From Sedimentisphaera cyanobacteriorum (lineage in GTDB: Bacteria > Planctomycetota > Phycisphaerae > Sedimentisphaerales > Sedimentisphaeraceae): a stretch of 32,000 bases of DNA. Position numbers and translations under genes: made by a program. The notes below the pieces were generated by a model. The model did not search any database and had not been told where the DNA came from. It saw only the letters and a program-made list of their open reading frames with translations. How positions within the stretch are numbered: the first letter of the stretch is position 1; each line of letters starts with the position of its first letter. Below, piece after piece: positions 7,453 through 15,042 of this stretch. The stretch is taken from positions 900,001 to 932,000 of the forward strand of contig NZ_CP019633.1 of the NCBI RefSeq assembly GCF_001997385.1, read 5' to 3'.

Positions 7453-8906
7453 CCCCTGCTCTCCGCTCCTGAATACACGCCGCCGATTTTTATTCCGTTG
7501 TCTGTTATTTTGAAAAGATGACACTGACTCGAATGCGCCCTGGCCCTTGATTTGAGTATCAGCAGAAGTCTATTCAAACGCCCCTGAAATTCAACGTTTC
7601 TAAGTAAAATCACAGTGTCAATCACAGAAGAAAGATCAATTCCTGTAATTTCCCTGCCCTCTCTCTCGTTGTCAGCAAGATTTGTCAGCAGGGTTGTAAT
7701 GCCTCTTTGTTTGCAGTAGTTTATCAGCCTAAGGATATAATCGAAGGCCGCATGCTTATCTCCCATTCGCCTGCAGGCGGATATCGCATCAACCACAAGG
7801 AATCCCGGATTAAACTCTTCAATAAGATGAAAAACCCGCACCAGATGCTCCTCCACGCCCAGCGCTTCGGGCATAACAGGGTGAAATTTAAGCAAACCGT
7901 TGTTGATGTGGTCTTGAAGGTTGATGCCCGGGCTTCGCATACCCATAACCACAGCCTTCTGAGATTCCTCAAAATCTATATAAAGAGCCTTTTCCCCTTT
8001 TTGACATATTGAACTGACAAACGAGCAGACAAGGGTGGTTTTCCCTGTGCCGGAGGTACCTGAAATCAGGTTGCAGGAATTTCTCCTGTATCCGCCTGCA
8101 AGGAGCTCATCAAGTTTTTCAATCCCGCTGGAAACAGACTCGCCGAGACCATTGTGCTGAAGAGAGGCGGTGGTAACAGGGATGATTTGCACTCCGTTTA
8201 GGTATATTGCAAACGGATATTCATTCCTGCCGAAGTCCGAGCCGCGGCACTTAAGAACTCTAAGCCGCCTTGTGGCAATCTGATTGTGAACGCGCTGGTC
8301 TAACTGTATAACGCAGTCGCAAAGATAATCCAGGAATTCGTAGCGGTTGAAGTCGCCCGAATACTTTTTTATCGTAATCACAGTGGTTATTTGATTATCA
8401 TCAAGCCAATTTTTGAAACTTTGCAGCTCATTACGCTCTTTTACAAGGTCATCCAGGAGCCTTAGAATGACATCCTGACCATCAATTAGAATTCTCTTTG
8501 CATTGATCCTTGCTGCTTCGCTGTCAATGATTGCCAGCAGCCCAGAGAAATCAAACTTTCCCGAAAGGACTGCTTGAGGGTCTATCCTTGCCTGAATTAT
8601 TGAAAGCTTATTTTCTTTTTCAAGCTTCCTGAAATCCCAGCCAAGGGTTAAAGCATTATTCTTCAGGCTTTCAGCTTTCTCTTCAAACGAAAGAATTATG
8701 CCCGGCTCGCTTTCGATTGCGCCGCGGTATATAAACTCCGAGCCAAGAATCGTCTTGCCTGTACCGGGGCCTCCATTTATGAGAGTAAGCGAACCGGCCG
8801 GCAGACCGCCCATCAGTATTTCATCCAAGCCTTTAATTCCCGTAACTGCCTTCGAGATTCCGGCAGTTTCAGTAGATTGTTCGTCTTGCGAAGATTCGGA
8901 ATACAT
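7449..8906 (-). CDS. kaiC: KaiC-type double-domain RecA-superfamily ATPase/autokinase
   Basis: 485 aa with two P-loop domains. The first has TGIKGLDEILMGGLPAGSLTLINGGPGTGKT plus SFEE. The second has GIEKLDELLAGGYRRNSCNLISGTSGTGKTT plus DFEE. The C-terminal segment ITGIDLSSVIDTVILLRNVEFQG aligns by eye with the S. elongatus phosphosite region. Confidence 0.9.
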   Translation of the reverse strand: MYSESSQDEQSTETAGISKAVTGIKGLDEILMGGLPAGSLTLINGGPGTGKTILGSEFIYRGAIESEPGIILSFEEKAESLKNNALTLGWDFRKLEKENKLSIIQARIDPQAVLSGKFDFSGLLAIIDSEAARINAKRILIDGQDVILRLLDDLVKERNELQSFKNWLDDNQITTVITIKKYSGDFNRYEFLDYLCDCVIQLDQRVHNQIATRRLRVLKCRGSDFGRNEYPFAIYLNGVQIIPVTTASLQHNGLGESVSSGIEKLDELLAGGYRRNSCNLISGTSGTGKTTLVCSFVSSICQKGEKALYIDFEESQKAVVMGMRSPGINLQDHINNGLLKFHPVMPEALGVEEHLVRVFHLIEEFNPGFLVVDAISACRRMGDKHAAFDYILRLINYCKQRGITTLLTNLADNEREGREITGIDLSSVIDTVILLRNVEFQGRLNRLLLILKSRARAHSSQCHLFKITDNGIKIGGVYSGAESRG

Positions 8907-9126
8907 AATATCAGTACCCTTTCCAAATAAAACTGAATTCCCATTGTAACTCCGAATAAAATATCAAAGTCACAGGCTGATTTCAAGAAATAAAATATTT
9001 TTGAGATATGAAGATTAGCCATATCATTTAACCTTCACAGCGCACCAGCGAACAAAACAAACAAATCAAAGGTAAAAGATTAAAAATATTAACCTAATTA
9101 TTGAAAATTCTTCTATGTGTATTTGT

Positions 9127-9155
9127 TTGACTTGCAGGTTTTAATATTTTAAAAT
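9127..9155 (+). promoter_or_regulatory. Candidate sigma70-type promoter for the 9189 gene
   Basis: TTGACT (9127-9132), 17 nt, TAAAAT (9150-9155), in an AT-rich divergent intergenic region. GAGG at 9176-9179 lies 9 nt before the ATG at 9189. Promoter consensus in this lineage is unknown. Confidence 0.3.
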
Positions 9156-9188
9156 TAGTGTATGATAACTTATTTGAGGTCGCAGATT

Positions 9189-10772
9189 ATGAGAAGAAAT
9201 ATTATATATATATTACTCCTGCTTTTCCCGGCTGTGCTGGCCGCCGCAGAAAGAGATATTCCCCGTACCGGTCAGCAGGCATATCAGCAGAGGAGAATCA
9301 ACAAAAATACAAACAGGGCAAGATACAACACACCCTCTACTCAGCTTCAGAGCAAAACCAGCCCATACACAGGGAACTACAATTACTATGAACGCCAGCC
9401 TGGATACCAAAATTATTCTCGAGCAGGTGTGGATGTAAGCGGTCGGCAGTACAACCAGAATCCAATCACCACTTACAGAGAATATGACCGCTATTCAAAA
9501 TCCTCTACAGGACTTAAATACAGCTATCCGCTCAGCGGGACTAAACTCCCCCACCGCATCACTGACCGCTCCAATCTAAAGACAGGGATGCCGGAGTATG
9601 AAGAGTACCTGAGAAATAAAGTGCTTTCAGAAACCAGATACGGAAGAAACGTAAAAATAGATTCAAACAAGCTAAAAAACAGCGAATACTCCTCTAGAAA
9701 AGATGCAGACAGATATTCCCTTCCTGAAAATTTTGAACAGGAGCATCAAGACCTTATCACAAAGAAATATGTCCAGGACCTCATTGCTAAAGAGCAGGGA
9801 AAAGTTAGCAGCAAAGACCCATTAGACGAAATCCTCAAGCCGCAGGAATCGGCAGACCCAGACCAGCAAAGGAAAATCAATAAAGAGTCTGAACTGAGAA
9901 GAACAGAAAAGAAAAATGCAAAAGAAAATCCTCAGATGCTTGATCCTGCCGCTCAACAGAGGCAGGATGATAAAGACGTTTTTGAAAGAATAAAAGAGGA
10001 AATTCAAAGCTACAAAGCAACATCGCAGCAAAAAGACGGGCAGAAAGACCAGACTGGCGAAGATAAAGACAGTACTGATCAGAGCAGCAAGAAGCAGCTT
10101 ACGGCTCGGGAGAAATACAAGAAATACGTGGAAGATTTCGAGAACCCTAAATCTCAGTCTGAAAAAGATATTGAGAAATCACTGGAAATTGCGGTTCCTG
10201 AAGGTGACGACCTTAGGCAGCAGGCGGAAAATATCCTCGGAAAACATTCTACTTTTGCCACCCTCTCAAACGATAAATTCAATACATATATGCGTAAGGC
10301 CGAAAAGCTTATGTCGCAGGGGCAGTATTATAAAGCTATCAACGCATATAAAATTGCCAAGATATACAAAAAATACGACCCTCTCTGTCATCTGGGAATC
10401 TGTTTTGCGCAATTCGCAGCAGGCGAATATCTCAGCAGCTCAGTAAGCCTGAACAGGGCAATGCTGATATATCCGGATATAGTGAAAATGCGGGTTGAGC
10501 TTACTGATATTATAGGCAGCAGAGATATAATCGAAAACAGAATGGTAGATATTGAACGCTGGATAGAGAGAAACGGCTCCAGCAAGCTGGTTTTCCTGCT
10601 TTCATACATATACTATCAGATGGACAATACCGAATGGGCACGTGAGCAGCTTCGAAGAACAAAAGATAATTTCCGAGACGATGGTTTCAGGAAAAACGCC
10701 GGCCTTCTTGCAGATGAGGTCGGGGCGGATTTCAGCTCATCAACTGAGGCTCAGGAGCAGTTAGAGCAGTAG
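9189..10772 (+). CDS. Exported low-complexity protein with a C-terminal TPR-like helical domain
   Basis: Start chosen at the ATG at 9189 (MRRNIIYILLLLFPAVLAAAERD, a Sec-type signal peptide) with GAGG upstream. A long Y/N/Q/R-rich stretch is followed by a K/E/D/Q-rich region. The C-terminal ~170 aa (GQYYKAINAYKIAKIYKKYDPLCHLGICFAQFAAGEYLSS...) look like TPR-type helical repeats. Confidence 0.6.
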   Translation: MRRNIIYILLLLFPAVLAAAERDIPRTGQQAYQQRRINKNTNRARYNTPSTQLQSKTSPYTGNYNYYERQPGYQNYSRAGVDVSGRQYNQNPITTYREYDRYSKSSTGLKYSYPLSGTKLPHRITDRSNLKTGMPEYEEYLRNKVLSETRYGRNVKIDSNKLKNSEYSSRKDADRYSLPENFEQEHQDLITKKYVQDLIAKEQGKVSSKDPLDEILKPQESADPDQQRKINKESELRRTEKKNAKENPQMLDPAAQQRQDDKDVFERIKEEIQSYKATSQQKDGQKDQTGEDKDSTDQSSKKQLTAREKYKKYVEDFENPKSQSEKDIEKSLEIAVPEGDDLRQQAENILGKHSTFATLSNDKFNTYMRKAEKLMSQGQYYKAINAYKIAKIYKKYDPLCHLGICFAQFAAGEYLSSSVSLNRAMLIYPDIVKMRVELTDIIGSRDIIENRMVDIERWIERNGSSKLVFLLSYIYYQMDNTEWAREQLRRTKDNFRDDGFRKNAGLLADEVGADFSSSTEAQEQLEQ

Positions 10773-10773
10773 T

Positions 10774-12471
10774 ATGAAGCAGAAAATTCACCTCAAAGCC
10801 GCAGCCGCGGTCTTTCTCGGGGCTGTGATGTGTGCTTTGGCTTTTGCTCCATACAATTTCAGCTGGCTTGCCTGGATTGCTTTTGTGCCGGTTCTGCTGA
10901 GTTTGAGTGCAGATAAAGGCCGGTTTCAGCCCTTTATCTTCTGGCTTGCAGGATTCTCGCTGTGGCTTTTCAGTACAGACTGGTTTATAAACATTGCATT
11001 CGCCGCGTGGATTGCTGCTGCAGCTATTATGGGTGTAAAGTGGGTGCTGATGTACTTTGCACTGCGTTTTCTGCATCAAAAAGGAATTTTCTTCACTTTT
11101 GCTTTCCCTATTGTTATTGCAGGGCTTGAAGCCTGCCAGGGGTTTCTGTTCGGCGGTTTCGACTGGAACTTCCTCGCACACAGCCAATATCGTTTTCTTC
11201 ATTTGATCCAGATTGCAGATATTACAGGCGCAGCGGGGGTAAGCTTCGTGGTGGCGATGGTAAACGGATATTTGGCTGATGCAGTTCTCATAACCCGAAG
11301 GCTTATAAAAGAAAAGCCTGAGATAAACGTTAAAATGCTTGCCAAATACGGAGCTCTGGATGCCTCATTAGTTATTGTAATTGCCTCCGTACTGCTTTAC
11401 GGTAATTTCAGAATAGAAAACGAAAAGCTTACAGAAGGCCCGCTTATCGGGATAGTGCAGCCGGACGTGCCATCCACTGCCAAAGGCATTCAGGTGAGCT
11501 ATGACAAAATGCTCGAAAGACTTGAAAATCAAACAGCTCTTTGCAGGCAGAGCGGAGCAGATATCATTGCCTGGCCTGAAACTATGATACCGGCACCCAT
11601 GAATAAAGAGTATATCGACTGCTGCCGGAGCGATTCTCTGCCTCAAAAATTCTACACAAGAATCAAATCGCTCACTGAAGAGTTCACCCTGATTGCCGGA
11701 GCGCCTTACGCAACACTGAAAATCGAAAACCAAAGTCTTCAGTTTGACAAGGAGTACAATTCCGCTGTCATCTTCAAGCACGGTCGGCTCCTCGAAAACA
11801 GGTATGACAAAATTCGCCTCGTACCCTTTGGCGAATACATCCCCTTTGGACACATAGGCTGGATAAATGATCTGATTATGCATTTCAACCCGCAGGGGCT
11901 GGATTTTACTATTGACCGAGGAAACAGCTTGCAGAGATTCAGGCTCAAGGCCGATAGCAGAGAAATTTTGATCACTCCCTCAATCTGCTATGAGGATACC
12001 GATGCAGAATTCACCAAGAAATCGCTTCATACTAAGGGCGAGAAGTCTGATCTGCTTCTAAACATAAGCAACGATGGCTGGTACGTAAAATTCGACGGCG
12101 ACGGCACCGCCCGCGCAGGGAAAGAGCATTACCAACGCACAGCAATTTCGGTTTTCAGGGCAGTAGAAAACAGAATAACTCTTATGCGTTCAGTAAACAC
12201 AGGCATAAGCTGTATGATAGACCCGCTGGGAAAAATGATAAACGGATACGAAGCTGGCAATCTGCCCGAAAAAGCATTAAACAGAGGAGCAGTTGAAGGA
12301 TGGTTCAGCGACAATATAATACTCTGCAGAAGACGCAGCTTTTTCAGCTGGCACGGCAGATGGTTTTCACGAATCTTCCTGAAGGTGCTAATAGTTATAT
12401 TTGCTGCAATAATAATCGAAAAATTATGGCTAAAGAGAAATAATAAAACGGAGCAAAATGCTGAAAGATAA
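10774..12471 (+). CDS. lnt: Apolipoprotein N-acyltransferase
   Basis: N-terminal multi-TM domain plus a CN-hydrolase domain with the catalytic E/K/C context: IIAWPETMIP, YDKIRLVPFGEYIPF, ITPSICYEDTD. There is a C-terminal TM helix. The start lies 1 nt after the upstream stop. Confidence 0.9.
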   Translation: MKQKIHLKAAAAVFLGAVMCALAFAPYNFSWLAWIAFVPVLLSLSADKGRFQPFIFWLAGFSLWLFSTDWFINIAFAAWIAAAAIMGVKWVLMYFALRFLHQKGIFFTFAFPIVIAGLEACQGFLFGGFDWNFLAHSQYRFLHLIQIADITGAAGVSFVVAMVNGYLADAVLITRRLIKEKPEINVKMLAKYGALDASLVIVIASVLLYGNFRIENEKLTEGPLIGIVQPDVPSTAKGIQVSYDKMLERLENQTALCRQSGADIIAWPETMIPAPMNKEYIDCCRSDSLPQKFYTRIKSLTEEFTLIAGAPYATLKIENQSLQFDKEYNSAVIFKHGRLLENRYDKIRLVPFGEYIPFGHIGWINDLIMHFNPQGLDFTIDRGNSLQRFRLKADSREILITPSICYEDTDAEFTKKSLHTKGEKSDLLLNISNDGWYVKFDGDGTARAGKEHYQRTAISVFRAVENRITLMRSVNTGISCMIDPLGKMINGYEAGNLPEKALNRGAVEGWFSDNIILCRRRSFFSWHGRWFSRIFLKVLIVIFAAIIIEKLWLKRNNKTEQNAER

Positions 12472-13456
12472 ATTTATCAAAATCAAATATATCACTGTTT
12501 TAAGCCTGTTAATGCCATACATTTGTTTTGCAATGGGAGACAGCCGCTCCAGAGGCATTGAAGAAGGGCTTCCTTTGGAGGAAAAGGCAAGATGGAAAGT
12601 AATGGAGATACTTCAAAACAGCAGTGTTGACCTGCAGATGGATGCTGTTGAAGTGGCAGCGAAAAGCGGCGATGAGACCCTGCTTTCTAACGTTATGCCT
12701 ATCCTGAACGATGAAAGGGCGCCCGAGCCAATTAAATTTGCCTGTCTTATGGCGATTGGAGATGCGAAATATTCAGGCGGGCTGAAGTTTGCGGAAAAGT
12801 ACAAAACCAATGAAAACCCCAACCTGAAAATGGCGGCGGCCTATGCTCTGATAAGGCTTGGAAGGGATTCTAACTCCAACTGCAAGATAATACTAGAGCA
12901 GCTCGACTCAGAAGACCAGAAAACCAAAGATAATGCGGTTTTGCTTCTGGGAAAGGCTGGCCAGCGCAAATATATCAGGGTTCTGCGGTGGCTCTTCAAC
13001 AATGAAGATTCCACCGAAAGAAGCAAGCTTCTGATTGTTGAAGCGCTTGCACGTCTGAGAGACCCGGAGGCCCGCTCAAAGGCATGGGCTCTAATGATAA
13101 GCAAAAGAGCCGACGACCGCGTTATGGGCATAACCTCAATGCAGAAGCTAAAAACGCTAAAAGCTAAAGACGCAATTCTTACTATGCTTGATGACGGCGT
13201 CCTTGAAGTGAGGCTTGTAGCAGCTGAGAACGCGGCTCTGCTCGGAGATAAATCGGGCAAGGATATCGTTGTTGATTTCTTCGATAATAAAGTTAATAAG
13301 CTGGACAAGAAAGACAGAGACAGAGCCCTCCTTCACGCAATAGATGCAGCGATTGCAATAAAAGATGTTGACACTGCCTCTTATGTGCCCGATTATTTGG
13401 ATTACGATTCTAAAAAGATTCAGCTTAAAGCTGCTCAGGCTGTCTTGAGTATGTAG
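12458..13456 (+). CDS. HEAT-repeat protein with an N-terminal signal/anchor sequence
   Basis: The N-terminus MLKDKFIKIKYITVLSLLMPYICFAMG is hydrophobic. It is followed by repeated ~30-aa helical units (D..VR..AA.ALG.LGD-like: PIKFACLMAIGDA, LKMAAAYALIRLG, TKDNAVLLLGKAG, LLIVEALARLRDPEA, VRLVAAENAALLGDKSG). It overlaps the lnt 3' end by 14 nt. Confidence 0.7.
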   Translation: MLKDKFIKIKYITVLSLLMPYICFAMGDSRSRGIEEGLPLEEKARWKVMEILQNSSVDLQMDAVEVAAKSGDETLLSNVMPILNDERAPEPIKFACLMAIGDAKYSGGLKFAEKYKTNENPNLKMAAAYALIRLGRDSNSNCKIILEQLDSEDQKTKDNAVLLLGKAGQRKYIRVLRWLFNNEDSTERSKLLIVEALARLRDPEARSKAWALMISKRADDRVMGITSMQKLKTLKAKDAILTMLDDGVLEVRLVAAENAALLGDKSGKDIVVDFFDNKVNKLDKKDRDRALLHAIDAAIAIKDVDTASYVPDYLDYDSKKIQLKAAQAVLSM

Positions 13457-13457
13457 T

Positions 13458-14171
13458 ATGTCTCTATTCTACGCAGAAAATATTAGTCCCGAGACAGTTT
13501 TGGACAAATCCGAGGCAAGGCATCTTGCTGCCTTTCGCATAAAAGAGGGCGATCAAATACAAATTTTCGACGGGAAAGGGACATCTGCTTTAGCCATTGT
13601 AAAAGAGATAACAAAAACAATCGCCAAACTTGAAATTCTAAACACTAAGAAATTTACCCCGCGGCAAAATGGAAAAATAACGCTGATTGTAAGCATCGCA
13701 AAGGGACAAAGGTTCGACTGGCTTATCTCAAAAGCTGCTGAGCTTGGAGCAGATTGCATTATGCCCGCTTTATTCGAAAGAACTGTAAAAACTGCAAGCG
13801 GGAAAAACCTTCTCGAAAGATACAGGAAGCTTTCAATCTCAGCCTGCAAACAAAGCGGTAATTTATTTCTGCCCAGGATATACCCTCCGGACAGATTCGA
13901 AGAACATTTGAAACAGCTGAGTGATTCAGTTTTTCTATCGGCAAGTTTGTCAGATAATGCCCGATCTTTGGTCGAAATTGATTTAGACATTTCAGCCAAT
14001 TATGCCGTTTTTATTGGGCCTGAGGGCGGATTCACAACAAGAGAAGAGCAAATTCTCAAAGACTCTGGTGCAGAAAACATATCCCTCACTTCAACAACCC
14101 TCAGAACAGAAACTGCGGCAGTCTGCTGCTGTTCGTATTTAGCTCTAATGCGGGATTCGGCAAGGGCATAA
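13458..14171 (+). CDS. rsmE: 16S rRNA (uracil1498-N3)-methyltransferase RsmE
   Basis: N-terminal PUA-like region (HLAAFRIKEGDQIQIFDGKG) and a C-terminal SPOUT region with FIGPEGGFTTREEQIL...ISLTSTTLRTETAA. The start lies 1 nt after the upstream TAG. Confidence 0.85.
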   Translation: MSLFYAENISPETVLDKSEARHLAAFRIKEGDQIQIFDGKGTSALAIVKEITKTIAKLEILNTKKFTPRQNGKITLIVSIAKGQRFDWLISKAAELGADCIMPALFERTVKTASGKNLLERYRKLSISACKQSGNLFLPRIYPPDRFEEHLKQLSDSVFLSASLSDNARSLVEIDLDISANYAVFIGPEGGFTTREEQILKDSGAENISLTSTTLRTETAAVCCCSYLALMRDSARA

Positions 14172-14211
14172 AAATTACTGTGGGTTAATCTCCTTGAAAC
14201 GCTTATTTATA

Positions 14212-14239
14212 TTTACCAGGCAGTTTTATATGATATAAT
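14212..14239 (+). promoter_or_regulatory. Candidate sigma70-type promoter for xth
   Basis: TTTACC (14212-14217), 16 nt, TATAAT (14234-14239), with TG at 14231-14232 two nt upstream of the -10. GAGGA at 14266-14270 precedes the ATG at 14275. Confidence 0.3.
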
Positions 14240-14274
14240 CTAAGAGAAATAATCTTTAACTATCCGAGGAACGA

Positions 14275-15042
14275 ATGCTTACAGCCACATTCAACGCAAA
14301 TTCAATCAGAACGAGAAAAGAGATAATAAAAGACTGGCTCACAGAAAAAAAGCCTGATATTCTCTGTATTCAGGAAACCAAAGTGCAGGACAAAGACTTT
14401 CCGACATCCTTCTTTGAAGACATAGGATATAATGTTTATTTCAGCGGCCAAAAGAGCTATAATGGAGTAGCTGTTTTGTCTCTTCAGGAGGCTTTGAAAG
14501 TGGAATACGGGCTTGATTCAGAACCCGAAGACAAAAGCAGGCTGGTTTATGCAGAATTCCCCGATATTCATATAGTTAATACATACATCCCGCAGGGCAG
14601 CAGCCCGGAATCAGATAAATTTCAGTACAAACTTGAATGGTACCAAAGGCTCAAGGCCTTTTTCAGCAGGAAATTCACTCCGCAGGATAACGTTTTATGG
14701 CTCGGGGATATGAATGTTGCACCTGAAAAGATTGATGTGCACAATCCTGAGGGGCTCCTCGGACACGTTTGCTTCAGAGAAGAAACATGGAACGCCTTTA
14801 AGGATGTAATGAGCTGGGGATTCACCGACATCCTCAGGAAGCATTACCCCGAGGATATTATTTATACTTTTTGGGACTACAGAGCGGGCTCTTTCCCAAA
14901 CAACAAGGGCTGGCGCATTGACCATATACTGGCAACCGCCCCGCTCGCTGAAAAAAGCGTAAAATGCTTTGTGGATTTAGAGCCGCGTAAAAAAAATAAA
15001 CCCAGCGATCATACTTTCTTGGCAGCGGAGTTTGATATATGA
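14275..15042 (+). CDS. xth: Exodeoxyribonuclease III (AP endonuclease)
   Basis: Full-length EEP-fold pattern: FNANSIRTRK, ILCIQETKV, YNGVAVLS, LGDMNVAP, WDYR, RIDHIL, PSDHTFL. Confidence 0.9.
   Translation: MLTATFNANSIRTRKEIIKDWLTEKKPDILCIQETKVQDKDFPTSFFEDIGYNVYFSGQKSYNGVAVLSLQEALKVEYGLDSEPEDKSRLVYAEFPDIHIVNTYIPQGSSPESDKFQYKLEWYQRLKAFFSRKFTPQDNVLWLGDMNVAPEKIDVHNPEGLLGHVCFREETWNAFKDVMSWGFTDILRKHYPEDIIYTFWDYRAGSFPNNKGWRIDHILATAPLAEKSVKCFVDLEPRKKNKPSDHTFLAAEFDI

Noticed and set aside
7453-7524. Arg-rich N-terminal extension of the kaiB ORF (MSSFQNNRQRNKNRRRVFRSGEQG), giving a 117-aa product
   Set aside because: It lies entirely inside the kaiC 3' end in another frame. KaiB homology starts only after the internal Met. 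The ATGA junction at 7449-7452 gives a standard coupled start.
8813-9022. 69-aa ORF reaching into the kaiC upstream region
   Set aside because: It overlaps the kaiC start in another frame. It lies in AT-rich promoter-like DNA and has no recognisable features.
9162-9188. Longer start (MITYLRSQI...) for the exported low-complexity protein
   Set aside because: The ATG at 9189 is preceded by GAGG at suitable spacing and yields a canonical signal peptide. The 9162 start would begin only 7 nt downstream of the candidate -10 element (9150-9155).
10732-11202. 156-aa minus-strand ORF overlapping the 5' part of lnt
   Set aside because: It lies opposite a confidently identified lnt membrane domain. 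It is Cys/Pro/Lys-rich with no hydrophobic core or motif, so it is most likely a shadow ORF.
12841-13308. 155-aa antisense ORF inside the HEAT-repeat gene
   Set aside because: It has a Ser/Ala/Leu-rich low-complexity translation typical of a shadow ORF opposite a real gene. It shows no motif and no ribosome-binding context.
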